From assembly GCF_009914755.1 (NCBI RefSeq), contig NC_060925.1: a DNA stretch of 64,000 nucleotides. One strand, given 5' to 3'. Under the pieces are notes generated by a model. It saw only the letters and a list, made by a program, of their open reading frames with translations. It did no database searches and was not told the origin of the DNA. The position numbers and the translations under genes are program-made. The first letter of the stretch is position 1. The number at the start of each line of letters is the position of its first letter. The stretch is from the human T2T-CHM13v2.0 reference genome, Homo sapiens. Shown one piece after another: positions 17,498 through 33,937 of this stretch.

Positions 17498-18086
17498 TGC
17501 GATAGGCAGAATTCTAAGAATGATCCCCAGTGACGCTTGCCCTTGTATAACCCCCACCCATTTGAGTGTGAGGTGAAACCTATGAATTTGATGAGGCAAT
17601 ACTCCTGTTATTATGTTACGTTTTATGACAGATGTGAGATTTTCCAGGTGGGCCCAATCTAATCACAACAGCCCTTTAAAAGCAGAGATTTTCCGTCTGC
17701 TAAGAGCAGAAGAGGAAGTCAGAGAGATTTGAAGGATGAGAAGAATTTGACGTGCTGCTGTTGGAGGGGGCTACATACCAAGAAATGTGGGCATCCTATA
17801 GCAACTGAAACTGGCTCCTGGCTGACAGCCAGCAGAGAATCAGGATATCAGTCCCAGAATCATAAGGAACTGAATTCTGCTAAAAACCTAAATGAGCTTG
17901 GAAGTGGGATTCTTCCGAGAAGAGCCCAGCCGGGTCACCATCTTAATTTTGGTCTGCGAAACCGTAAGCAGAGAATCCACTCAAGCCCACCTGGATCTAC
18001 AGAACTGTGAGCTAAGCTGATGTGGTAATATTTTAAAGCCGCTAAATTTTTGTTCATTTGTTGTGCAGCAATAGGAATCTAACACA
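17498..18086 (+). mobile_element. MaLR solo LTR (MLT1E/F-like)
   Basis: tg...ggcagaattctaag start; gacagccagc...aaggaactgaattctgc...gagcttggaag core; gcaataggaatctaacaca end. Confidence 0.75.
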
Positions 18087-18102
18087 AAGGTAAATAGAAT
18101 AT

Positions 18103-19021
18103 ATTTTTTAAATCGAGGCAATATTCACATAACATAAAATTAACCATTAATTAAGTGTACAACCCAGTGGCATTACTACATTCATAATATTGTGAAACCA
18201 TCACTTCTGTCTAATTCCAAGACATTTTCACCACCCTACAGGAAACTGATACCCATTAAGCAGTCACTCCCTGTTCCCTCCTCCCCTTAGTCCCTGGCAA
18301 ACACTAATATGCTTTCTGCCTATGGATTTGTCTATTCTGGAGGTTACATACAATTTGTGACCTTTTGTGTCTAGCTTCTTTCACTTAGTTTAATGTTTTA
18401 AAGATTCATCCACATTGTAGCATGTATCAGTACTTCGTTCCTTTTTATGGCTAAGTAATATGTGTATATACAACATTTTGTTTATCCATCAATTGATAAC
18501 ATTTGGATTATTTTTACTTTTGTCTATTGTGAATAGTGCTGCTATGAACATTTGTATGCAAGTGTGTATTTGAATATTTATTTTTATTTCTTTGGGGTAT
18601 ATACCTAGGAGTAGAATTGTTGTGTCATTTGGTAATTCTGTGTTTATCTAAGAAACTGCCAAACTGTTTTCCACAGGCTGCATGATTTCACATTCTCATA
18701 AGTAATGTACAAAGGTTCCAATTTGTCCACATCCTTGCCAACACTTATTTTCCTTTTTATAGTAGCCATCCTGGTGGGTGTGAAGTGGTATCTCATTGTG
18801 GTTTTGATGTACTTCTCTAATGACTGATGTTGAGCATCTTCTCATGTATTTGTTGGCCAATCATATAACTTCTTTGGAGAAATGCCTATTCAAGTCCTTT
18901 GCCCCTCTTTGATTCAGTTGTTTGTCTTTTTGTTGTTGAGTTAGAAGAGTTCTTTATAAATTCTAGGTACTAGACCTTTGTCAGATATGATTTGCAAATA
19001 TATTTTCTTCCATTCAGTAGG
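18103..19021 (-). mobile_element. L1MB-type 3' fragment
   Basis: Typical L1M 3' UTR on the minus strand; 14-bp TSD ggtaaatagaatat at 18089-18102 and 19022-19035. Confidence 0.85.
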
Positions 19022-19554
19022 GGTAAATAGAATATTGAGAGACTTTTTATATAGTAATATAAAAAAGCATGAAGGGATGTGTTTTGCAAAAAGTAAGATT
19101 ACACAGTATTATACAACTATGTTATACACTTTGGCTCTTGGTTTTCTCTCTAAGGAATAACTCATGAAGAACATTCCATGTGTTAAGGTATACCTCTAAT
19201 TCTTTCTAATGCCTACATAATATCCTATTGCATGGGTGTGCTATTCACCCCCTACTTATGGTTATTCATTCTGTTTCTAGTTTTTGGCCACTGCCAACAA
19301 TGCTGCAGTTAACATCCTTGTACAATATATGTTTATGTATTTTAAATTTCAGTTTAAAAGGATTTATTCTGAGGAGTAGTATTTCTGGTTTAAAGAGTAT
19401 ATGTGTTTTTAATTTTAATAGATATTGCTCAATTGTTTTACATTAATAACTTACATTTTTACTAGCAATATATGAAAACATTCTTTCTGCACTGCATCCT
19501 TGATTACAGTTATAATCAAACTTTACAATTTTTGCTTATCTAATAGGTATAAAT

Positions 19555-19787
19555 CAGTGGTTCTCAATCGGTAATGATTTTGTCCCACAGGGGACATTTG
19601 GCAATGTTTGGAGACATTTTTGATTGTCAAAATGGCGGGGGGACGGGGGGGCGGGGCGGGTGGTGCTACTAGCTTCTGTGGGCAGAACCAGGGATTCTGT
19701 TAAATATCCTGCAATATACTCGAGGCGTCACCCACAACAGAGTTGTCCATCCCAGACTGCCACTAGTGAGAAAGATAAGAAACCATG
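19555..19787. mobile_element. MER20 (hAT-Charlie) inserted in old L1M sequence
   Basis: cagtggttctcaa...ggggacatttggcaatgtttggagacattttt...; 8-bp TSD gtataaat/gtataaag. Confidence 0.85.
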
Positions 19788-19807
19788 GTATAAAGATACC
19801 TCATTGT

Positions 19808-20122
<315 letters not shown>

Positions 20123-22059
20123 TCAATTTGAAAATCTTTATGAATGAGTTTGAGCACTTTTTTCCATATGTTTGTCAGCTACTTGGATTTATCCTTCTGC
20201 AAATAGCCTATCCATATTATTTGCCCATTTTTTCTTTTGGTGGCTTATCCCTCTCATTAATTTATTCTAAAGAGCTTTTTATATTTTTTAATCATTTATT
20301 TTTCCTATTCGAAAACATTTATTTTTCAAATATACTTTTTATTGACTTTTGTAGTATCTTTGCTAGATGGTAAAATATTATTGTAGACATTAAAACAAGG
20401 TCTGAAAAAATGGTCAGACATACTGTGTCTTTGGATGAGAAAAGAAGCATCATAAAAATGTCCTTTTCCTAAAGTTAATCTGTAACTTTAACACAATTCC
20501 AATTGGATGTACAAGTCAGACGTTTTTAATCTATGGACTAGTGCAGGCTAGAAAGGAGCATTGATTCATACCTATTGTGTGACATGTAGAATTTTAGAGC
20601 AAAAAGAAGCATTAAGATTGGTCTGTCCATTGCATTACTTTTCTGAGGAAGACACTAAGTTACAGAGGAGTTAAGGGACATATGATATGCTAAAATTGGA
20701 AACATTCTGGTTAGCCCAATTTGAACTTTGTTCTAGAAATGATGGAATTCAATAAAAAATAATTATAATCATAAACTGTTAATTTTAGAAAAAAACATTG
20801 AAATTGAGACCAAGAAATGTAAATCAGCTTACCAGAATAACCTAGAGAGTTAGCAGCAAATTCTAAATAGTCTTTGGTCATGCAAACTTACAATTCAATA
20901 CTATTCCTCCATGCCATGTAACCTCTTAAGTGCTTGCCTAGTTAATGTTTCTTCACTTTCAATATACTGGTACCGCAAAGCAGTTCGCCTGGAAAAACAG
21001 AGTATTGAAACGCCTTTCAAAGATATTTACTAGAACTTGGATTCTTACTTCATCCCTGTAAGTATGATAGGTACAAATACACATTTTTTCTCAATTTATA
21101 GGTGGGAACACTGAGGGACAAAGAATCTTAGTCCTTCTAGGTCACATTTATTTCCTCAACATGAGTATATTGACAGCCTGTTGTTCAAGGCCTTGCACTT
21201 GGTACTACAGCAAAGATAAGACAGTCCCCAACCTCAGAGAGCTCATACGGTGAATCAGTCACCCAAGAACCACTCCAGGCTATGCCCCTGAGATGCTCCT
21301 AAACTGATGACTTATTTCACAAACAGAACCAAGTTCTGTTCTGACAATAATCACAGATGAAATGACTTGCTGTGCCATCCAGTAAAATGCTAGTTCAGCT
21401 CACAAGTGACTCTCTTCTTTGTTTCTTAAATGCTTGACCCAGAATTTTGCATGTAGTCATCAAGACATCGCCCCACAGCTGAGCTGTGTCATGGAACAGC
21501 CAGCCCATCTAAAAAGCTGCCTACTCATCAGCCTGCTCAGCCTGTGTGGGCTGGGAATGTGGTGCCATGCAGGGGAGGCATTCCCCCCGTTGCATGGTAC
21601 CACATACCCTTTGGGAAAGAGCTCTGTGCCTGCCCCATAAACACTCTGTGGCACCATTCCTCCCTCCTGACTCTGCCTGTCTTCTGCCATCCTTTGATGT
21701 GTAAATTGGAAAACTGTCATCACCTATTGATCTCAAAAATGTCATCCTATGTGAAAAGTTAGTGCACTCTGGAAGAACAAACTGGTTATTAACCATAATT
21801 CAGTTATTATTAAACCACTATCTTCATCCTCTGACTTGCATTTATTTGATTGTAGTTTCTTGCCTCTAGTCTCACCCTAGCCCAGGCCAATCTTTATACC
21901 ACAGTAAGAAGAATCTTCCTCAAATCTGATATTACCCTTGCCCTGATCTCTGATTGTTTAGGAATCTCTGGTGCTTAATAAATAAAGTAGAAACTTCTTA
22001 TTTCTGACTTCTGCTAACTGCTTCAATCTCATTTTCTACTAATGTCCATTAATGCTCAC

Positions 22060-22805
22060 CAGTTTCTCAAGTTGTCATTCAGATGTCTTATCTCCTTCAC
22101 CACTACCACCCTAGTTCAGGCCATCATTATTTATCTTCTGAGCTGTTACCCTAGCTCCTAACCCATTTCTCTGACCACAGCCTTCCCCTACTAGTCTATT
22201 TGCCCAGCAGGTGGATTGACCTCCCTAAAGCCTAAATTGAATTATGCCACTCTTCTGCTCAGATTCCTCCAGTGGCTTCCCATCAAATTTTGAATTAAAT
22301 CCTAAGTTTTTACTGTGGTCTGTAAGGCCCTACCTGATATACTCACTCCATCTCAGTATATCTCTAATCTCATCTCCTATGACTGTCCACCTTCCCACTC
22401 TGGGCTATTCACGCTGGCTTCTTCATTGTTTCTTGTATGTACTAAGCACACTTCTACATCAGGACCTTGGCCCTTGCTATTCTGTCTGCCTAGAACAGTC
22501 TCTTCTTAGATATTAGTATGATGCCCTCCCTCACTACTTTCAGGTTTCTGCCTAATTATCACCTTATTCTACTTAAAATAGCACACATTCCCATCCTGGC
22601 CACCTTCTATTCTTCTACCCTGCTTTCTTCATCTTAGCACTCGTCCCCACTTGCTATATTATATATTTATTTATTTTGCCTGTTTCTGAGAATAAGCACT
22701 ACAATAAGAGCTCCATAAAAGCAATGGCTTTGTTTTTGTTTACTGTTCTAGAACAGTGCTTGGCAACATACTCATACTTGACACATATTTGTTGAATGAA
22801 TGAAG
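22060..22805 (+). mobile_element. L2 remnant
   Basis: L2-type text (tccagtggcttcccatc..., gcccttgctattc...), ending tagaacagtgcttggc...atttgttgaatgaatgaa. Confidence 0.6.
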
Positions 22806-23253
22806 TAAGTGTCAATTCCTCTCTGCACACTTCTCTGATGCCTCTTGGGCAATTGCTCTGTTTTCTGTTCCCTTGGAACTATGTATATACCTCTACTATA
22901 GCTATCACATTTTATTGTAACTTTTTTTCCTCACCAGCCTATAGAATCCTTAAAAGCAGATGTCTTATCATATCCTTCCTAACACAAATTTGGTGAAAAT
23001 GAGTAGAGTGAATGAAGGTCGAAGAAGAATAGCAATACAGCCACTCTGCAGATTCGAGGATGGACATGTTTGAGCCCTCATTAATCCCATCTTCAGGAGG
23101 CTGCATTGGTACTATATGTGGCATTTATTTCAATAGAGATGCTCAAGGCAAAAACGATATTTTACTGGTCTACAAGTTCCCAAATTTCCTTTAGGAAAAT
23201 ACTTGGGTATTATCCCGTAAACTACTTGAGTGGCTGAAGCTTTAAAAACAAGC

Positions 23254-23487
<234 letters not shown>

Positions 23488-24061
23488 TCATAAGGCCATA
23501 TCACAAACAGTGATAACGTGGAATTCAATAGGAAAATGAAATAGATGTTCATAGAAAAAAGACTTTAACACATTATCCATCTGGATGCCATGAGTTCTGT
23601 GGACCTCCCTCATACAGACTCTAGGAGCCAATCTAGGGGAAATTTTGTTGTGATCCAAAAATGTCACTGGATTAGGAATTGAGAACCCTAAATTCTCACT
23701 CAGGTTTTTCTATAAATAGGCTACATGACTTCAGATAAATGGCTGCATGTTGTATCTGAGGTTCCTCTAACATGGGTGTTAGGAGTAGATGATCTCCATA
23801 AGCCTTCTAGCTATAAAGTTCACTGACTCTATTGATTCAGCTGGGAGACTGTACCTAAGTAACAAGAACAGACTGAGTACTGGAAGAGGAATGTATTCTC
23901 TCTCAACATCAATGACCTTGAATGTGAGAGTGATTACAGAGTTTTGACACCTAGCAGTGCCTGGACCCAGGTCTCAAATCCTGTTTGTACTCCTGCTCCT
24001 ATAGACACAACTGCTTTTCCCAAACTTGCAGAAACTGGACTCCCACTAAGATGGAAAAGGG

Positions 24062-24404
<343 letters not shown>

Positions 24405-26837
24405 TTAGCTGAGGTCTTAGGAAGGAGACTGCAAACTTGCCAGCATTGTAGTGATTGGCTAAGCTCTGCTGTTGGATTTTTCTCTGAGAATGAGAATGAA
24501 TGTGGCCCAGCATTCAGGGTGTCTCCTTTGGGAGTTCCCATGGGGCTTCCAGAGATTGCCAGAGGCACACTGGGAGCAGTCACAGTTACCTATGAGGTGG
24601 CAGTTCTGCAAGCCCTGTCTGTGACTCAAAGCAGCCTCCTTGTTTCCTCACATCAGACAGACTTCCATTAAGAATGGGGTTCATGTGAGACCAGAAGGGG
24701 CTGGACTATATATTTAGCCAAGACAGGTGGTGAAATAATTTATTTTCTGATATACTTTATCTTTCTTAGAGAATGTATCAGAACTTTTTTGGGAAAGAGT
24801 GATGAGTCTTGATTTGTAAAAGCATGTCACCTCTTATGGTAATCTCCAAAGCAGCATTTACAATCACATGTGAATGAGTCATAAACTAAGAAATGTTGAA
24901 TGATCTGAAATAAGGGTATGTTGATTTCTCTCATCAAATATTCATTTTTGGCAACATAATGGACTCAAGGCACAGATATTAAGTGCTTTGAAATTCTCAA
25001 AGCCACAAAGACAGGCCATATCTATGAATGTTTCTGATATGTGACTCTCCTCCCTCCTTCCCTCTTAATGAGGTATAAATGCATTCAAACACACAGTCAC
25101 ACATTTATTTTATCTCCTCTCAGTTATGTGTTCTCCATGTGGTTTGGTGAGATATTTTAAAATACTCTTCAATGGATAATTAAAGGTTCAAAAAATTTTA
25201 TGTAAAATTCTCCCAGATAGAAGAGATTAGTAAAGAAATATTCTTTCCAAGTCTCAATCTGAATACAATACTGATTCAGGACCCCCGTCCAGGTTCTCAT
25301 AACTGCAAATTCCCAATATGCTGTTCAGCTTTTGTCTCCTTCTCAATTCTGATTTTCAAGATGAGAGTTCTTGGCTGGAATATTTGCTAACAGTGAGAAG
25401 ACATCTTCAGTTCTTGGTGAGGCATTCAGGTATTACAGAACATGACTATTTAAGCCGTGTGTGTGCATGCTTGTCACATCCTGCCTGGTAAATAATTTCT
25501 GGTTTTTATATACATGACTTCCTCTCCCACTAACTGTAGGGATTTTTGTGATTAGAAACTAAGTGTGGTCTTTATCTTTCCTGGTGTCTCCTGTGGTGTT
25601 TTAAATATAAGAGTTGTCCAGTAAGTGTTTGGTGGACACATTTCTGAGTCCTCATGAATTATACTTTCAACCTTCACTAATGCTTTTTTGCAGCTCATTT
25701 ACAGGTATTATAACATTCCGTTTAGCTATAGATGAAGCATTCCATCCTTATAGTTAGCCAAGTTCTTCTATTGTGGTGTAGAGATCTTTAGGTGAAACCA
25801 TCTTTAGAGTCTGTCATGAACCACAGGGTGAAAAAGACCTATCTGTATTACAGTATGAACATCCTTTCAGGAGAGGTCTACATTCATGCTTTTGCATATA
25901 ACTCATATCAGTTTAATTTCTAACCTCTTCTTCTTTAGCTTTCCATTGGCATTCCATAGCAGAAGCTCTTCCTAATGTGAAATACAAGAGAAGATCTACA
26001 GATTCAAGAATTTGTGTCTGGGAGGTCCACCAAGAACTCTGAACCTCAGTTCTTTATTCTCCAAAGGATACTTTGATATGTACCCATCAGTGAGGACAGG
26101 GACTTTGTACAAGAAAGAGAAATTAATGAAACTTGTGAGCATCTGAATATTCTGATATCTTACCTCCCCACTCCCACCCTATCTAAAACCTCATCACCTG
26201 GCTTAGCATATAAAGAGCTTAATGGTGGGATACATCAGGCTGACCTAGGTTTAGGACCTAGCCACCATTATAACTTTTGGCAGCCTAGGACAAGGTATCA
26301 TTCCCTTCTAAGGCTCAGTTTTCTCATGTAAAATGGAGATAATAATATCCACTTCTTGGGGTAGTTGGGAGGATTAAATAAGATTATATATGATAAATGT
26401 TCTCCATAGTACCTAGCACAAAATTAATCTTTAAAAAAAGGAGATCTATTATTATCTAAGTACCATAGTGGGCCAGCTTCCAAGTACTTAGGAAAGATCC
26501 TTGCACAAAGTAGGAGCTCTTTAAATACTGTGCAGGCAGCAAATGCCAGTTACGTTTTCAAATTTGGCTTTTGTTTATTTTGTCAGAGACTAGAGCATAT
26601 TCATGAGCAGAGGAAAAAGAAGAGATCCAGAGTATACCAAATTTTCCTTAAACAACTTTATTGAGGTATAATTTTTGTCCAATATCACCCATTTTAAGTA
26701 TATATTAAATATATATTTGATAAGTTTTGACAAACATATGTAATCACACATATGAAACAAGTCCCTGAGGTATGGAGGTACTGGGATCCAAAACAGAAAT
26801 ATAAGGTGTGACCTGACTAAGAAAGGAAAATTCACCC

Positions 26838-27356
26838 TGTCAGGTGGTCAAACCAGAATGACTCCATTTTGAGTGAGGGCTAGGAAAATGAGGCTGAGAC
26901 TTGCTGGGCTGCATTCTAAAAAAGTTAGGCAATCCTAGCTCTTAGATGTTTATGGTTAAGGGGACAAATTAATAATGTTTACTAAACACACCCAGATTTA
27001 GGAGTGTCCGGGTATCCCGATATCTGGAGAATAAAGGCATTCCTAATTTTGCTTTAAAGACAGTAGTATCAATTCTTGAAAAATATAGTAATTAAGAAAA
27101 TTCATCCTTCATCACAAACCCTAGTAGCAGAACACATCTCCCCATATAATACAAGCATTGTACCTAGGGTGAGTGTGTTCCTCCTCTTACTTTCAGGAAT
27201 GTCCTACTCTGTCTATAGAATAGCTGTTCTTCCACCACTTTACTTCCTTAATAAACTTGCTTTCTCTTTGCACTGAGGACTCACCCTGAATTCTTTCTTG
27301 CACAAGATCCAAGAACCCTTTCTTGGGGTCTGGATTGGGACCCCTTTCCTGTAACG
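26838..27356 (+). mobile_element. ERV1 solo LTR, MER41-family-like
   Basis: tgtcag...aaccagaatgactccattttgagtgagggctaggaaaatgaggctgagac start; aataaacttgcttt; ggacccctttcctgtaac end. Confidence 0.75.
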
Positions 27357-27954
27357 GCCTCAGGCTCCCCAGGGAAGGAGTTAAGGTGGATGAAAATGTA
27401 GATAAATAGGCACTAGGAGGGGGTAGGAGATGACATTGAAAACATTCCCTAATGTTATCTATTTCTCCTATGTGATAAGAGGCAAGGTACTTGCTGAAAA
27501 AAAGGTAAACAAGGATGAGACAGGTTCTACCTTAGAATATGAAAGTTTAAATAGCATATGTGGGGAGCGACTGACAAGGAATGTGAATAGAAATTGCCCA
27601 GCTAGGTCTGTGTATATGTTACAGCCTGGGTGTAGCACGGAGAGTGTGAGTGCTAGACTAATTCAAGGTTGGGGGCTTCTCAGGGGGTAAGAATGAGGAG
27701 CAGAAGGCTGGAGACAAGAGTTTTCCCCAGGGTTTGTAAGTATTGTTGATGAACCATGGGTGTATGCTGCTTAGAGAAGGAAGGGAAGCCATGAGGGGAC
27801 CCAGAGGTATCATGTAATGAAGGGACTGAGAGAGCTGGGTATCTCCATGAAATGTGAGAGTGGGTGGGGTGGGAGTTCACACGAGCTGAGATGCACAGGG
27901 AGTTTCTTGCTAGTTGGATTTAACATTCCATGGAGGACATATTCTGAAGGATGA

Positions 27955-28313
27955 TGTATTAGTTTTCACACTGCTATAAAGATACAACTGAAGACTGAGT
28001 AATTTTTAAAGGAAAGATATTTAATTGACACATTGCACGTGGCTGGGGAGGCCTCAGGAAACTTACAATCATGGCAGAAGGGGAAGCAGGCACATCTCAC
28101 ATGGCAGCAGGTGAGAGAGAGAGAGAGAAGTCCAGGGGAAACTGCCATTTATAAAACCATCAGATCTTGTGAGAACCCTCTCACTATCATGAGAATAGCA
28201 CTGGGGAAAATCACCCATATGATTCAGTCACCTCCCACCAGGCCTCTTCTCAACAGCTGGGGAATATAATTCAAGATGAGATTTGGGTGGGTACACAAAG
28301 CCTAATCATATCA
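27955..28313 (-). mobile_element. MaLR solo LTR (MSTA/THE1-like)
   Basis: tgtattag...ggctggggaggcctcaggaaacttacaatcatggcagaagg...catatca; 5-bp TSD gatga/gataa. Confidence 0.85.
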
Positions 28314-28427
28314 GATAACAAAGTTCATGTTGTGCTCACAGAAATCAGCTCTTCACATACAGTGGAATGCAAAGTTAATTTGTTAATAATGGATAGAAAA
28401 GAAAGAATAATTTTGACAACACTAAGC

Positions 28428-28729
28428 TTTTTTTTTTTTTTTTTTTTGAGATGGAGTTTCACTTTGTTGCCCAGGCTAGAGTGAAGTGGTGCAATCTCTG
28501 CTCACTGCAACCTCCGCCCCCAGGGTTCAAGTGATTCTCCTGCCTCAGCCTCCTGAGTAGCTGGGATTATAGGTGCCTGCCACCATGCCTGGCTAATTTT
28601 TGTATTTTTTAGTAGAGATGGGGTTTCACAATGTTGGCCAGGCTGGTCTCGAAGTCCTGACTTCAGGTGATCCACTGCCTCGGCCTCCCAAAGTGCTAGG
28701 ATTACAGGCATGAGCCACAATGCCTGGCC
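28428..28729 (-). mobile_element. Alu (Sx-like)
   Basis: Reverse-complement Alu; TSD aacact(aa/gg)gctttt. Confidence 0.93.
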
Positions 28730-28769
28730 CAACACTGGGCTTTTAAAAAGCACTGCCAGTGTTTCAGTG

Positions 28770-29608
28770 GGTAGTGTTCTTACCCATAGTCTTGGGAGAC
28801 AACTATTACATTGCATACTGCTTAATTCATTAGCAAATCCTATTGACTTTGCCTTCAAAATATGGCCGGAATTCCACCACTCTCACCATTTTTATTGCTA
28901 CCACAGTTGATATGAATATCTGTAATTGCAGCTAAATTGGACTTCCTGCTAACATCCTTGATCCCCTATAGTCTCTTCTTGTTATAGCTGTCACAAAGAT
29001 TCTTTTAAAGCACAAGTCAGATGATATTCTTCTCCGTTCAATACTGTCCAATAACTTCCCATCTCATTCAGCAAATGAGCCCAAGGGCTGCTAGACCTAA
29101 ATAGCCACTCTATTCCCCACCCTCTGTCTCTCTCCACCTTTCCCCACCCATTTTATTCTTTGATCTCAACTTCTGCTCTCCCCCTTGCTCATTTGGCTTC
29201 AGCCACCTGGTTCTCCTTGTCAATCCTGGATCACTACCTGCATATTTTTACTACAAAATGTTTATTCATGGTTCTTTCTGCTTTCTAAGTTTTTTTTTCC
29301 CTATATGTCTGTGGTATTTACTTCCTCACTTCCTCTGCTCTTTGCTCAAACATCAAGCTAGGGCCTCCCCTGACCATCCTTTTTAATGTTGACTTCCTCC
29401 CCACTACAAATATTCAGCTCCTGCTATTGATTTATTTTTGCCATAGGACTTATTATCTAATATCTTATATATTTTTATTATGGTTTATTGTCTCTTTCTT
29501 TCAACTTGTGAATAAACTCCATTCAAGTAGGAATTTTGTCTGTTTTGTTATCTTCAGTACCTGAACAGTACCTAGCACTTAATAGGCAATCAATAAATGA
29601 ATTGACTG
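28770..29608 (+). mobile_element. L2 remnant
   Basis: L2-type text ending cagtacctgaacagtacctagcac...caataaatgaattgactg. Confidence 0.55.
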
Positions 29609-29628
29609 TAAGGATATTTGTCCTGACT

Positions 29629-33433
<3,805 letters not shown>

Positions 33434-33937
33434 GATATTTGCCTTGACTATAAAGCAAAATTTTAATTGAATGTAGGCTTAGATACTAAGAAAAAGGATA
33501 ACAAGCCATGATTTAAAAAAAAAAGATAGTTTCCTCTGGGGAAAAAAGAAAGAAAATGAAAAAAAGAAGAAAGGAAGAACTAAAGCTGCTGCTGTTTAAT
33601 TATTAATTAACTATTAGCTCCTTAATAGTTCAAAAACTGAGACAGGTCAAAGGTCAGAGACAGAAAATAAAGAAGTAGGATATGGATTTAAGAAATCACT
33701 GGGAGGCCTTGTATTCTAAGTACATATTCTAGGAAAAGCCATAATCTAATTTAACATCTATCCACATTCGTGAAAATTTAGGTTGTAAGGAACTGCAGAA
33801 TATCATTAGAAAGGGTGTTTAAAAAGCATGGCATTAGGTTAAATAGGCCAGTATGCTAAAGGGAGCTAAACAGGATGACAAGATGTGTTTTAGCAAAATA
33901 GTTCATGAAAATGATTACTTCAAAAGAAGTTTTCTTA

